A stretch of 64,000 nt of DNA from IMG/VR virus record IMGVR_UViG_3300044655_001643; one strand, 5' to 3'. The notes beneath the pieces were generated by a model. That model searched no databases. It was not told the DNA's origin and was given only the letters and a program-made list of their open reading frames with translations. Position numbers and translations under genes: made by a program. This stretch comes from a virus. Below, one piece after another: positions 1 through 10,450 of the stretch (the first letter of the stretch is position 1; each line of letters opens with the position of its first letter).

Positions 1-803
1 GTTGTTGCTGCATCGGATGCAAGTGTCACTGTCCACTGTGCGCTGCTTGTATTGCCTTTCACATTGGCAGAAGTTGTGAAATCACCTTGTATACGATAAA
101 CATCAATGTATGCGTTTGGTTGGAAATCATATACTAGTGCTTGTGTTGTAGCGTTAGCCAAAGATGAACCTTGATACACAATCTCATCATTGAGAAATTT
201 GCCTGAACCAGAACCTAATGAAATACGAGTCTTTGGATAATAATTACGAATGTTATTGTCTATATCGGCAATACCAGTCTCGATGATTTCATTTGAGAAT
301 ACATATTGTTTCATTTTTATTGCATATACATAAACATTACCGCCACGACCACGACCCAATGTATAAAACATTGCTTGATCATTTTCGCTTTCAACACTAG
401 TAATCTCAAAGAAACTTGTTGTCATTGGTATATAAATCAAGTCACCTTCACGTGGTCTTGTATAACCATTGACTGTATATCTAAATCTAAGGCGTGACAC
501 TAACATAGTAATTTCGTCACGAATTTCTAAACCAAACTTAGATATAAAGTCTTGATCTCCATCAAAGCCTGTAACATTTTCAAGGTACATTTCAATGGCA
601 TGTGCGGTAAGATATTGTTTTAGTCCATCTTCACCATACAGAAAATCTACTTCATCACGTGTTGTGCGTGGAAGATAATAAAGATCCAAGCCATAGATTT
701 TGAGTGCTTCTATGACCAAATCTTCAACAAGCAGTTGCTCCGGCGTAATAGGAGCATCAGCAAGTCTGCTTGGAAAATTATTGAAGTAGAAATTGGTACT
801 CAT
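1..803 (-). CDS. gp14: Neck protein gp14-like (runs off the left edge)
   Basis: Manual translation from ATG at 803: MSTNFYFNNFP...EQLLVEDLVIEALKIYGLDLYYLPR...FISKFGLEIRDE...RPREGDLIYIP. Start overlaps the gp13 stop; T4 order 13-14. Confidence 0.9.
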   Translation of the reverse strand, partial: MSTNFYFNNFPSRLADAPITPEQLLVEDLVIEALKIYGLDLYYLPRTTRDEVDFLYGEDGLKQYLTAHAIEMYLENVTGFDGDQDFISKFGLEIRDEITMLVSRLRFRYTVNGYTRPREGDLIYIPMTTSFFEITSVESENDQAMFYTLGRGRGGNVYVYAIKMKQYVFSNEIIETGIADIDNNIRNYYPKTRISLGSGSGKFLNDEIVYQGSSLANATTQALVYDFQPNAYIDVYRIQGDFTTSANVKGNTSSAQWTVTLASDAAT

Positions 804-1756
804 TATCCAGTAAATATCTCAGAAGGTAATGAACCCATTTGATAAATCTGTTCTTCCATTTCTTTTATTTCTTCAGACGCTTCATCATAAATCTTCTGAC
901 CATTTAGCGTTACACCACCAGGCATTTGAATGCCCTCAAACTTTTTGAGATTGTTTCCCCATTGTTGTTTGATTTTTGCTGTGGCTAGTTGTTTCAGGAA
1001 ACGATCATTCCACACATCCGTTGTGCCTTCAATCTGAATTGCAGAGTTGTTATGCGTCAGTGTTGGTGGACCAATCAATGTCAAACTTGTTGGCGATTCA
1101 ATATTACCAACTTGTTTTGATTCTGTGCCAATTGTAATAAAATCGTACGGTACAATTTCTTGATCAAATTTTGTACCATAACCTGTGATTGTGTTTGATG
1201 ATGGACTGCCCGTAACTGTGCCAGTCAATGTCACCGTTTCTGGTTGTAGAACTCGATAACACTCAACAATAACCCAATCACCAGGCTGAACATCACGTGT
1301 CCAATCGATGTCAAGTAATATTCTATTTTGACGGCGATTGAAACGGAACTGTGGTGTACCAGAGAACAGTAGATTCAATGTACGTAAGTGCTGCATTGTG
1401 ATTTCATATGACACATACGATACCGATGTGAAGTCATACAAATCATGCAAACGTAACTGATAGCGCAAATCAAACATGTTGATTGACGCATTAGACTGAT
1501 CAAACGGAAAAATACCAGTTACAAACTGCACTGCATCAGGACAATGAATCCATTGGCGATCAATGTCTGCTTGTGTAATCTGATGCTTCATGAAAAGTTT
1601 TTCGGTGCCATCGTAGTGATAGTCACGCCAAAAAGCAAGCGCATCATCAATACGATCATCTACTTGATCATCATCTACGTTGATTTCAATTACTGGCCAC
1701 CCTAGACGGCGTAGGCAGTAATCTTTGAATTGTTGTCTTGTTGAGATTGTTGCCAT
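803..1756 (-). CDS. gp13: Neck protein gp13-like
   Basis: STRQQFKDYCLRRLGWPVIEINVDDDQVDDRIDDAL N-terminus and KQQWGNNLKKFEGIQMPGGVTLNG C-terminus, typical of T4-like gp13. Confidence 0.93.
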   Translation of the reverse strand: MATISTRQQFKDYCLRRLGWPVIEINVDDDQVDDRIDDALAFWRDYHYDGTEKLFMKHQITQADIDRQWIHCPDAVQFVTGIFPFDQSNASINMFDLRYQLRLHDLYDFTSVSYVSYEITMQHLRTLNLLFSGTPQFRFNRRQNRILLDIDWTRDVQPGDWVIVECYRVLQPETVTLTGTVTGSPSSNTITGYGTKFDQEIVPYDFITIGTESKQVGNIESPTSLTLIGPPTLTHNNSAIQIEGTTDVWNDRFLKQLATAKIKQQWGNNLKKFEGIQMPGGVTLNGQKIYDEASEEIKEMEEQIYQMGSLPSEIFTG

Positions 1757-1758
1757 TT

Positions 1759-2538
1759 TTATCCTAAACCGAAAATCGAATTTCCAGTAATTACTGTATA
1801 AGAGTTTGCTGCCGTTTTGAACACAGAATAACTGAACAAGTTTATTTCTTGATTCGTAATAGAAGCACTGCCTGGTCTTGTATTTCCAACATAGTATAAC
1901 GTTTGAAGAGCGCCATCAATATATAGATTTGCCGCATGTCTTGTTGAACCATGTTTCAGCGCAATCGCAACTGTCATTGCTTGACCAATTGTTGTGATTG
2001 AATCAAAAGTATTTTGTGTGTTCGCACGAAAATTAAAAGTCACATTTGCCGTGGTATTTGCATTGAAATAATACAGAGTGTTATTAGCAACGTCTATATT
2101 GACATTACCTCCAATGCCAAGAGTGTTTACATTTGCTTGTTCTAAAACTCTGGAAAGAGAGATGTTTAGATTTGATGCTAATAAGTTCGACGAAACTGAT
2201 GAAACTGCAATCAAGTTGCCCGTGATTTGACCAGCAACAATGTTGTTACCCCTAATGCTATCTGGTGCCATATCATCACCAGTAATAGTTTGATTCGCAA
2301 GTAAATTGCCAGTAATTGTTCCCGCAACAATATTATTACCTCGAATAGCACCTACTGTAATGTTGTTTCCACTAATAGCGGAAGTTGCAAGTAGATTGCC
2401 AGTAATTTGGCCAGCAACAATGTTGTTACCACGAATAGCATCTACTGTAATGTTGTTTCCGCTAATTGCAGAAGTTGCAATCAAATTACCAGTAATATTT
2501 GCTGTACTGATTAGAGGTGAACGAACTCTTTGAATCAT
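1759..2538 (-). CDS. Fibre linker protein: GNNI/GNLI repeat stalk plus C-terminal beta domain
   Basis: About ten IxGNxIxxxx repeats; the C-terminal domain is paralogous to 2871..3425 and 58260..58919. Confidence 0.7.
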   Translation of the reverse strand: MIQRVRSPLISTANITGNLIATSAISGNNITVDAIRGNNIVAGQITGNLLATSAISGNNITVGAIRGNNIVAGTITGNLLANQTITGDDMAPDSIRGNNIVAGQITGNLIAVSSVSSNLLASNLNISLSRVLEQANVNTLGIGGNVNIDVANNTLYYFNANTTANVTFNFRANTQNTFDSITTIGQAMTVAIALKHGSTRHAANLYIDGALQTLYYVGNTRPGSASITNQEINLFSYSVFKTAANSYTVITGNSIFGLG

Positions 2539-2862
2539 TTACATGCCTCCAAATAAAAATACATCATCAAATATGTCTGGAGGAGATACGATGTTATTTC
2601 CAGAAACAGCATTATTTGCAATAAGATCACCCGAAATAGCACCAGTTGCAATCAAATTGCCAGTAATCGTGCCAGCGACAATATTGTTACCACGAATACT
2701 GTTTGGTGCCATGTCGTCACCAGTAACAGTTTGATTTGCAAGTAAATTGCCAGTAATCGTGCCAGCGACAATATTGTTACCACGAATAGCGTTAGTCGCA
2801 ATCTTGTTTCCAATGACTGCACCATTTGCTATACGACCCGATTCGACTTTTTGTTCTGACAT
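2539..2862 (-). CDS. Short fibre linker protein: repeat stalk ending DDVFLFGGM
   Basis: GNNIVAGTITGNLLA repeats; C-terminus nearly identical to that of 20547..21215. Confidence 0.7.
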   Translation of the reverse strand: MSEQKVESGRIANGAVIGNKIATNAIRGNNIVAGTITGNLLANQTVTGDDMAPNSIRGNNIVAGTITGNLIATGAISGDLIANNAVSGNNIVSPPDIFDDVFLFGGM

Positions 2863-2870
2863 TTGCTACC

Positions 2871-3425
2871 TTATGGATTTTGATTTAACGCTCTTTGAAA
2901 ACTAGAGTTTGCTGCTAAAATTGTATATGTATTTGCCGCTGTTTTCATAACTGTAAATGAATAAGCATCAACTGATTCTTGTTGTGATGTTGCAAATCCT
3001 GGTGCTGAATTACCTAACCAAAACGGCGCTTGCAATACACCATCAACATAAACATTCGCACGATATCTTATTGCTCCCTGCTTCAGTAAAATGCCAGTAG
3101 TAACCGACTGACCCACTGACAACTGAGAGTCTAATGTATTTTGTGTATTCGCTCTCAAATTGAAAGTTACATTTGCTGTTGTGTTCGATGAAAAGAAATA
3201 AAGAGTATTATTTTGTAAATCTATGTTTACATTTCCACCAACAGCCGTTGAATACACGTTTGCAGTTTCAAATATTTGCGTCAAAGATATTTGTAAATTT
3301 GCAGCAAAAGTATTTGACGATAACGAACGAGCAACAATGTTGTTACTGCGAACGGAGTTATCTGCAAGTTTTAGACCTGTAATTGCAGTGTTTGCTATTC
3401 TATTTGAACCTACTCTTTGTGTCAT
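2871..3425 (-). CDS. Fibre linker protein (paralogue of 1759..2538)
   Basis: Shares the GGNVNID..NNTLYFF..NTTANVTFN..ANTQNT domain and the YSF.V.KTAANTY motif. Confidence 0.7.
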   Translation of the reverse strand: MTQRVGSNRIANTAITGLKLADNSVRSNNIVARSLSSNTFAANLQISLTQIFETANVYSTAVGGNVNIDLQNNTLYFFSSNTTANVTFNLRANTQNTLDSQLSVGQSVTTGILLKQGAIRYRANVYVDGVLQAPFWLGNSAPGFATSQQESVDAYSFTVMKTAANTYTILAANSSFQRALNQNP

Positions 3426-3447
3426 TTTTTATTCCGTATTTTGTTAG

Positions 3448-3455
3448 TATTTAGA
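3448..3455 (-). promoter_or_regulatory. T4-type late promoter variant TCTAAATA
   Basis: TAAATA core about 20 nt upstream of the 3425 start. Confidence 0.55.
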
Positions 3456-3456
3456 A

Positions 3457-6400
3457 CTAACCTCCAAATACAAGAGCCATCGCAATTGCTTTACCTGTCG
3501 ATGCCGCAGTATTGGCGGCATTAAACGCTGAATTGGCGTGATTATATGCTCCATTGATAGTTGAATTGACACCGGATGATAATTTAGCTGTCGTTACAGA
3601 ACCATCTGGTATGACAATAGTATTTGCTGCTGTGTAAAACGTTGCAACACGAACAAGTTCGCCATTCACTGGTGCTTCTGTAAATGTAATGCTGTTTGCA
3701 CTTGGATTGACGCTGTATGAAGTTAGTGGTTGAACCACACCATCAACCGTAACAAGTAACGTTTCTTTCGCTTGTGGGTTGAATCCTAAGTCAAAGGTTG
3801 TAAAGTTTCCATTTGAAGTTGTCTCAAATACCGAAACTGAAACATTTGAATTTATGTAGATATTTTGAACAAAGTAAGGATTGATTTTTTCAAAACCAAC
3901 CACACGGATGTTTTCACCATCACCAGGAGCTGTGCCAAATGTAACAGTATTCGTTGATGGATTTACAGAGTAAGCACTCTCTGGTTGTAAAATACCACCA
4001 ATCGAAACAAAGATTGCTTTATCAGATTCTGGTCTAAATCCTACATTGAATGCTGTAGATATTCCATCGCCAATATTGTTGTATGTTGAAACAACAGCAC
4101 CAGCAGAGTTGGCAACATCTAAGAAATAAGGAACTACGTTATTGAAACCAGCAACACGAATCTTTTCTCCTGCCGGTGGTGGTTCGTTAAACGAAATAGA
4201 ATTATTCGTTCTTGTTACAACATAATCATCAAATTCAGACTGAACAATACCACCAATCGAAACAATTACAGCACTATTTGATGCTGGCGCAAATCCTAAA
4301 GCAAAAGTTGAAACAGAACCATTTGCCGTTGTGGTAAAGGTAGAAACTTCAGCATTAGCGCCAGTGTTTGCTTTGTCAAACGCCGCATTTGCTTGTATGA
4401 AAGCTGCATTTGCTTGACCACGAACCCAAGGATCAGATGCATTATTTGCTGCATTGAAAGCTGCATTTGCATGAATGAACGACGAATTTGCTTGAATGAA
4501 TGCCGCATTGGCAGTATCAAATGCCGGCTGAACTTGTGGTGCTACATTGTTTGCCGAATTGAATGCTGCATTTGCATGAGCGTATGCTGAGTTTGCTTGA
4601 ATGAATCCACTATTCGCATGAACAAACGCCGAGTTTGCATATTGACTACCAGAATTTGCAGTTGCAAATGCACTGTTTGCATATGTACCACCAGAATTAG
4701 CAGCAGCAAATCCTGCATTAGCAGCGTTATATGCATCATTCGCATGGAAGAATGCTGAGTTTGCTTGAATAAATCCACTATTAGCAACTATAAACGAAGC
4801 ATTCGCATATACTGAAGCAGAGTTAGCATTGTTGTTTGCAATATTTGCTTGAGCAAATGCACCATTGGCATAGATTGCAGCAGAGTTTGCAGTGTAACTT
4901 GGTGTGTTAGCGTAAATCGATACTGTGTTCAGGTCAGCGTATGCAGAGTTTGCATGAATGAATGCGGCATTAGCAGTGTTGAATGCTGGTTGAACTTGCG
5001 GTGCTACATTGTTTGCCGAATTGAATGCGGCGTTAGCGTGATTGTATGCTGCATTAGCATATTGACCAGTTGTGTTCTGTGCATTGAACGCTGACTGTGC
5101 ATGAACTATTGCACCGTTAGCTTGAATGAACGCCGCATTTGCAGTATCAAATGATGGTTGTACTTGTGGTGCTACATTGTTGGCAGCAGCAAAAGCGGCG
5201 TTGGCATGGTTAAATGACGCATTTGCTTGAATGAATGCTGAGTTGCCTGTGTCATATGCACCACGTGTAAATCCAATTACACTTACACCATTAACCGCAA
5301 GAGTACCGAATACATTCGTAGTACCACCAGCATTACCAATATTAACAGTTGTTGCGGCACCACCCATACGAATTGTGGTAGCAGTTGTATTGAATATTAC
5401 GCCAATGAGTGATGCAGCAAGTATAGATGAAGTTGTTACAGATTGACCAAATGATCCTAGTTGAGCAAAAACTGTTTGTAGTCCAGGATGATATGTCAGT
5501 CCTGTGTTAGCACCGATGATAAGATTACCAGTTGTAGCATCAAGCAAAGCAACATTATAACTTCTAGAGCCGGCTTTAGATTCTACTCTCACATAGTTCG
5601 CCACATTGGCAGTTCCTGCTTCCACGCTATTATTAGCAATAGAGTTTGCTAAGTTGTATCCGGTATTTGCTTGAATGAACGCTGCATTTGCATACTGACC
5701 TGTAGCATTCTGAGATTCGTATGCTGAATTGGCGTGTAAGAATGCTGCATTAGCATAAGTGCCGGCAGCAGAATTAGCTGCTATGAAAGCTGCATTAGCA
5801 TGAATAAATGCCGCATTAGCATATTGACCGGTAGCATTCTGCGATTGATAAGCAGCATTAGCGTGAACAAAACCAGAATTGGCATGAATGAATGATGCAT
5901 TCGTCAAATCAAAAATGATATTCGTTCTTGGTAGAATATCAATGTTTTTGATTGTAATGAATGTTGAACGTAAATTGGCGTGTAGTGTATCAGTTATAAA
6001 CGATGGATCATTGATATCAACATTGTTTTCACCACCAATTTCTGGAGTGTAACCTTTAAATAAATGCCATTCTTTTGTTCCTGCATCACGAATTAGACCA
6101 GAGTGTGCATTTGTGCCATCATTATAATGACCAGCAAAACCTAAATCTTTCAGATCAGAAAAATAATTACCAGAACCAAGTATAATGAGAGTATCATTTG
6201 ATACTAATGTGCTTGCATTAATGCTGACAACTTGACCAGTAACAAAAAGGTTACCAACGGAAAGATTCTGAGTAACAGTTAAGTTACCAGTAATTACACC
6301 GCCACCATTGGCATCAATCGAATTATTTGCACGAATGAACGCAGCATTGGCATATTGACCTGTTGCATTCTGGCTTTCATATGCACTGTTAGAATGAATG

Positions 6401-8703
6401 AACGCTGAGTTCGCATGAATGAATGCTGAGTTAGTTGAGTCTCTGGCAACATTATCAATACCATAACCAATAAACGCAGTGTTCTGTTTTGTAGTATCTG
6501 GGAATGTTATCTGACCATCTGTACCAAAATCCCATGTATATGTACCAGCGGCTTGAATATGTGATCCACCTGGATCGGCCCATATAACCGATTGGTCAGC
6601 ATAATTCATTCTTACATAACCAGTGCCACCGTTATTGTTATATAAATCAATACCATTGGGGTAACCACTTCTGCCAATCTGTCCAGATGATCCCGGTAAT
6701 GTTATTGTACCATCATCATCAAAGGTAAAACTTTTTGTTGGTGAATCAAAAAGACCTTGATTTGTCTGAATAAGAACACCAGTTTTACCATATAATACTG
6801 CTTGACCAGCATTGTCCAAATATATTCCAGTATTGCCACTTTGTGCATTTGCTGTTATTGATAATAAACCATCACCCTGATTGGTAATTCTTGCTTTGGA
6901 TGGTTGAAATAATAAATTACCAGGAAGACCGAATACACCGTTTGAATATAACTGTGCAGTATTACCACTGTTGACTAAGTTTGCTTTGTCTGTATTTGCT
7001 TGATTGTACGCAGCATTTGCCCAAATAAATGCAGCATTAGCATATTGACCTGTTGCATTCTGACTTAGATATGCGGCATTTGCATGACCAAAACTTGCAT
7101 TTGCTTGAATAAATCCACTGTTTGCATGAATGTATGCAGCGTTAGCGGCAGCAAAAGCACCATTTGCATTAGCAAAAGCAGAGTTGGCTCCGGCAAAAGC
7201 AGCGTTAGCGTTGGCAAAGGCAGCATTCGCAGCAGCAAGCGCAGCATTCGATTGTGCATATGCAAGTGATGAGTAGATGTATAAATCTACATTACCGTTT
7301 GCTGCAAAAATGTAATTCGTAAAAATAGCATTAGCACCTGTAATGCTACCGTTTGAACCTGTTGTTGTTAGTGTATTTGATGTGACATTACCAACAATAA
7401 CAACATCACCAGTAACTTGACCGCCAACATTCGCATTCAGTGAATTGTTTGCACGAATGAATGCTGCGTTAGCCGTGTTGAACGATACATTCGCCATTGC
7501 AAAAGCGCCATTGGCATTTGCAAAAGCGGCGTTAGCTCTAGCAAAAGCACCGTTAGCATTGGCAAAAGCAGCGTTAGCGGCAGCAAAGGCACCATTGGCA
7601 TTTGCAAAGGCAGCGTTCGCTACATTACCCGTTGCATTCTGTGAACGGTATGCAGCATTTGCTTGAATAAATCCAGAGTTAGCATGAATGAATGCGCCAT
7701 TAGCGACAGTGAACGCAGCATTAGCGTATTCACCACTAGAGTTTTGACTTTCGTATGCTGAGTTAGCTTTGACAAATGCCGCATTAGCATGGTCGAACCC
7801 AGAGTTAGCATGTGCAAAGTTTGCATTTGCTAAGGTGAAGGCAGAATTGGTATACTGACCAGTTGCATTCTGTGAGATATACGCTGCATTTGCATGAGCA
7901 AAACTAGCGTTAGTCTGAATAAATGCGCTATTAGCGTGGATGAATGCAGCATTAGCCGTATCATAAGCTGGCTGAACTTGCGGGAATACATTATTGGCAG
8001 CAGCAAATGCAGCATTAGCGTGAACGAAAGCTGCATTGGCTTGAATGAATCCGGAATTGGCAGTATTGAACGCTGGTTGTATTTGAGGGAATACATTATT
8101 CGCAGCAGCAAAAGACGCATTTGCATGGTCAAAAGATGCATTGGCTTTGATGAATGCCGAGTTTGCATATGATGCTGTTGCTGAACCACCTAAGTCATCA
8201 TAGTTTGTACCATCATTTGTGAACTGCCACTTGTTACCAGTTTCATTCCACAACAAATAAACATTCGGTTGTGCGCCACGGTCAATCTCAATACCAGCAT
8301 TCATTGTCGGCTGTGCAGACTGATTGATTGCCGTATTCAATGAGATAATATTATCACCAATCATTACAACAGGTGTGTTTCCACCAATTGCACCACCAAC
8401 AATATTCAGATTACCTTGAATGGTAATGTCACCCGAAATAACACCACCAGTGTTTACATTCAGTGAGTTATTCGCACGAACGAACGCAGCATTTGCAGTA
8501 TTGAACGCAGAGTTTGTATGATTATATGAAGATGTGCCACGAACATATGAATCATATCCACCAATGGCAATAGCACCATTTTCTGCTGGACTACCAATGA
8601 AAAGTGTATTACTGCTATATGAATACGCTGGTTCACCAATGTTTAGTGCTACTGGTGTATTTGATACTAGCGAACGCTTTATTTGAATTGGTGTATTTGC
8701 CAT
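3457..8703 (-). CDS. Long fibre protein: Mtd-N-like head, ANAAF heptad coiled coil, three Ig-like repeats
   Basis: N-terminal IQIKRS...LNIGEPAYSYSSNTLFIG; dozens of ANAAFxx heptads; three C-terminal (G/N)G..T.F.LGF.P....V...G..Q...Y.V.....I.F...P..GE.IRV repeats; ends GKAIAMALVFGG. Confidence 0.8.
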   Translation of the reverse strand: MANTPIQIKRSLVSNTPVALNIGEPAYSYSSNTLFIGSPAENGAIAIGGYDSYVRGTSSYNHTNSAFNTANAAFVRANNSLNVNTGGVISGDITIQGNLNIVGGAIGGNTPVVMIGDNIISLNTAINQSAQPTMNAGIEIDRGAQPNVYLLWNETGNKWQFTNDGTNYDDLGGSATASYANSAFIKANASFDHANASFAAANNVFPQIQPAFNTANSGFIQANAAFVHANAAFAAANNVFPQVQPAYDTANAAFIHANSAFIQTNASFAHANAAYISQNATGQYTNSAFTLANANFAHANSGFDHANAAFVKANSAYESQNSSGEYANAAFTVANGAFIHANSGFIQANAAYRSQNATGNVANAAFANANGAFAAANAAFANANGAFARANAAFANANGAFAMANVSFNTANAAFIRANNSLNANVGGQVTGDVVIVGNVTSNTLTTTGSNGSITGANAIFTNYIFAANGNVDLYIYSSLAYAQSNAALAAANAAFANANAAFAGANSAFANANGAFAAANAAYIHANSGFIQANASFGHANAAYLSQNATGQYANAAFIWANAAYNQANTDKANLVNSGNTAQLYSNGVFGLPGNLLFQPSKARITNQGDGLLSITANAQSGNTGIYLDNAGQAVLYGKTGVLIQTNQGLFDSPTKSFTFDDDGTITLPGSSGQIGRSGYPNGIDLYNNNGGTGYVRMNYADQSVIWADPGGSHIQAAGTYTWDFGTDGQITFPDTTKQNTAFIGYGIDNVARDSTNSAFIHANSAFIHSNSAYESQNATGQYANAAFIRANNSIDANGGGVITGNLTVTQNLSVGNLFVTGQVVSINASTLVSNDTLIILGSGNYFSDLKDLGFAGHYNDGTNAHSGLIRDAGTKEWHLFKGYTPEIGGENNVDINDPSFITDTLHANLRSTFITIKNIDILPRTNIIFDLTNASFIHANSGFVHANAAYQSQNATGQYANAAFIHANAAFIAANSAAGTYANAAFLHANSAYESQNATGQYANAAFIQANTGYNLANSIANNSVEAGTANVANYVRVESKAGSRSYNVALLDATTGNLIIGANTGLTYHPGLQTVFAQLGSFGQSVTTSSILAASLIGVIFNTTATTIRMGGAATTVNIGNAGGTTNVFGTLAVNGVSVIGFTRGAYDTGNSAFIQANASFNHANAAFAAANNVAPQVQPSFDTANAAFIQANGAIVHAQSAFNAQNTTGQYANAAYNHANAAFNSANNVAPQVQPAFNTANAAFIHANSAYADLNTVSIYANTPSYTANSAAIYANGAFAQANIANNNANSASVYANASFIVANSGFIQANSAFFHANDAYNAANAGFAAANSGGTYANSAFATANSGSQYANSAFVHANSGFIQANSAYAHANAAFNSANNVAPQVQPAFDTANAAFIQANSSFIHANAAFNAANNASDPWVRGQANAAFIQANAAFDKANTGANAEVSTFTTTANGSVSTFALGFAPASNSAVIVSIGGIVQSEFDDYVVTRTNNSISFNEPPPAGEKIRVAGFNNVVPYFLDVANSAGAVVSTYNNIGDGISTAFNVGFRPESDKAIFVSIGGILQPESAYSVNPSTNTVTFGTAPGDGENIRVVGFEKINPYFVQNIYINSNVSVSVFETTSNGNFTTFDLGFNPQAKETLLVTVDGVVQPLTSYSVNPSANSITFTEAPVNGELVRVATFYTAANTIVIPDGSVTTAKLSSGVNSTINGAYNHANSAFNAANTAASTGKAIAMALVFGG

Positions 8704-8712
8704 TTGTAATTC

Positions 8713-8934
8713 TTAGAATATTCCACCGTCTAGTTGATCTAAAACGGAAGTAGCAATTTTTGTCTCGAACCGATTATTTGCAGAACTATACACTAATGAA
8801 AATCCATCTTGCACACCATCAGTATTTACATCATTGATTTCGTTCAATGCCACATTAGGCTTAGGACTATACTTTGGTGATACAACGGTTGTGCGATTTG
8901 GCTGAAATACTGTGACTTTACCTAAATCTGGCAT
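8713..8934 (-). CDS. Small structural linker ending LDGGIF
   Basis: LNEINDV...DGFSLVY motif typical of fibre stalks; lies in a late operon. Confidence 0.55.
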   Translation of the reverse strand: MPDLGKVTVFQPNRTTVVSPKYSPKPNVALNEINDVNTDGVQDGFSLVYSSANNRFETKIATSVLDQLDGGIF

Positions 8935-8937
8935 GAC

Positions 8938-9273
8938 TTACCTCGTAACAGATGGAAGAACTGTAGCAGTACCTTCGACTACACGTGTTACAGAATTATC
9001 GATTGAGTTTGTAATCTTTAGATCATAAACATAACGACCAGGTGTCAAATTACTTGTGTTTGCTGCTGTCATTGAAAGAGTAATTTGACCATTTGCATTT
9101 CCTGTAATGATCGCTGTCAGTGTATTTGCTGATGAAGAGTAATAAGATTTGCGTAGTTGAGCAGATGCCGAATATGTCGCAAGATTGATAGCATCACCTT
9201 GGGTATCATTTACTGTCACAGTGGATGTGAGATTTGCACCTTGCTCAATCGTGATTTCTACATATGCTGCCAA
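8938..9273 (-). CDS. BppU-N-like small virion anchor protein (TTG start)
   Basis: IEQGA...INL..YSASAQLRKSY...ITLSMTAANTSNL.PGRYVYDL...RVVEG...V.PSVTR; AAGGAG SD upstream. Confidence 0.7.
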   Translation of the reverse strand: MAAYVEITIEQGANLTSTVTVNDTQGDAINLATYSASAQLRKSYYSSSANTLTAIITGNANGQITLSMTAANTSNLTPGRYVYDLKITNSIDNSVTRVVEGTATVLPSVTR

Positions 9274-9294
9274 GATTGTCTCCTTCTAATCGTC

Positions 9295-9302
9295 TATTTA
9301 GT
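9295..9302 (-). promoter_or_regulatory. Late promoter variant ACTAAATA
   Basis: TAAATA core directly after a terminator, at the start of an operon. Confidence 0.6.
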
Positions 9303-9317
9303 CAATCTCGGAAGCGT

Positions 9318-9354
9318 AAAAAAAGCCTCCGTGAAAACAGAGGCTTTGATTTTT
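9318..9354 (-). terminator. Intrinsic terminator (possibly bidirectional)
   Basis: AAAGCCTC...GAGGCTTT stem with a T run on the minus strand and a T-rich tail on the plus strand. Confidence 0.75.
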
Positions 9355-9365
9355 GTTTATAAAAA

Positions 9366-9707
9366 TTATGCGTTTAGTGCATCAAGTCTGTTCCAAACCC
9401 AATTTGCTGCGGCTTCTGGATCAAAAGGAACTGTTGCAGTTGGATCTTCTGTATTTGAAAAGTCAGGTTGAGTCCATGAAGAGCCGACACTTGTGAGATA
9501 TGCTTGCAAATCTTCTTTTGTAGCAATAGTTTCAAAATCACCAGTTGCAGTATCTACAGAAATACCAATCATAACAGCATCTCTTGGTGATGGTGTAGAA
9601 GGATCGGCAACGGCATACATGCCGCCAACGCCATCTTCTCCTAGATACAGAAAATCTGGTACAGTTCCTTCTTGAGTGAGTCTATACTTAATGCAAAGAT
9701 GTGCCAT
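9366..9707 (-). CDS. Hypothetical acidic protein, last gene of the propeller cassette
   Basis: 113 aa; overlaps the upstream GT stop; SD GGAG. Confidence 0.6.
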   Translation of the reverse strand: MAHLCIKYRLTQEGTVPDFLYLGEDGVGGMYAVADPSTPSPRDAVMIGISVDTATGDFETIATKEDLQAYLTSVGSSWTQPDFSNTEDPTATVPFDPEAAANWVWNRLDALNA

Positions 9708-10431
9708 TTTTTGCTCCTAATATTTCTTCTTGTTGTGCGTATTGTCCGTTGAAAAGATAAACACCAAAATGTCCTAGTTCACACCATGGTGCTAACCAGA
9801 CTGTTCCGCCATGTTCTCTGTACATATGACAAAAGTTATAATCTTCAGAAAGTAATTCGTTGTCCACATTCTGAACTTTGAAAAAGTCATAAATTTTTTC
9901 TTGACCGATTGATGAACCGCCGTTTGTATACCAACCAACATGTGGCTTCAACTTTTCAAATACATCTCGGCGTATCAACATAAAACCTGTACCGACATGC
10001 TTTACTTGAAACGGCAAATTACGGTCAATCATTTCATGTCCATCAAGTTTATTGATGTTGAAAATACCCGTCAAACTGCTCAGATCAGGATGATTGAGTA
10101 ATGCGCCTTGTCGCACACGATCCCAATCTAAGCCTTTCATCGGCACTGGACCGCCAATAATGCCTTTATCTGCTTTGATCATTTTTGCAATATCATTTGC
10201 AACAAATTTTTGATCAGCATCAATAAACATCAAGTGTGTTGCATCTGGTATTTTCAAAAAATGATGAGCAATAGTATTTCTACCACGCTGTATCAGACTT
10301 TCATTTCCCAGAAAAATGGAAGTCATTTTGATGTTGTACTGAATACATGCCTCTTTCAATGCAAGCAAAGATTGTGTATATTCAGTACACATCATACCAC
10401 CATAACACGGCGTTCCAATCACTAAGTGCAT
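9688..10431 (-). CDS. GT-A-fold glycosyltransferase-like protein
   Basis: IGTPCYGG...NESLIQRGRN...THLMFIDAD (DxD)...VGTGFMLIRRDVF...LSEDYNFC. Confidence 0.78.
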   Translation of the reverse strand: MHLVIGTPCYGGMMCTEYTQSLLALKEACIQYNIKMTSIFLGNESLIQRGRNTIAHHFLKIPDATHLMFIDADQKFVANDIAKMIKADKGIIGGPVPMKGLDWDRVRQGALLNHPDLSSLTGIFNINKLDGHEMIDRNLPFQVKHVGTGFMLIRRDVFEKLKPHVGWYTNGGSSIGQEKIYDFFKVQNVDNELLSEDYNFCHMYREHGGTVWLAPWCELGHFGVYLFNGQYAQQEEILGAKNGTSLH

Positions 10432-10450
10432 AATATTATTCCTTGTTAGT

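Noticed and set aside
2306-8189. Many short antisense or off-frame ORFs over the fibre genes
   Set aside because: Shadows of repetitive coding sequence on the minus strand.
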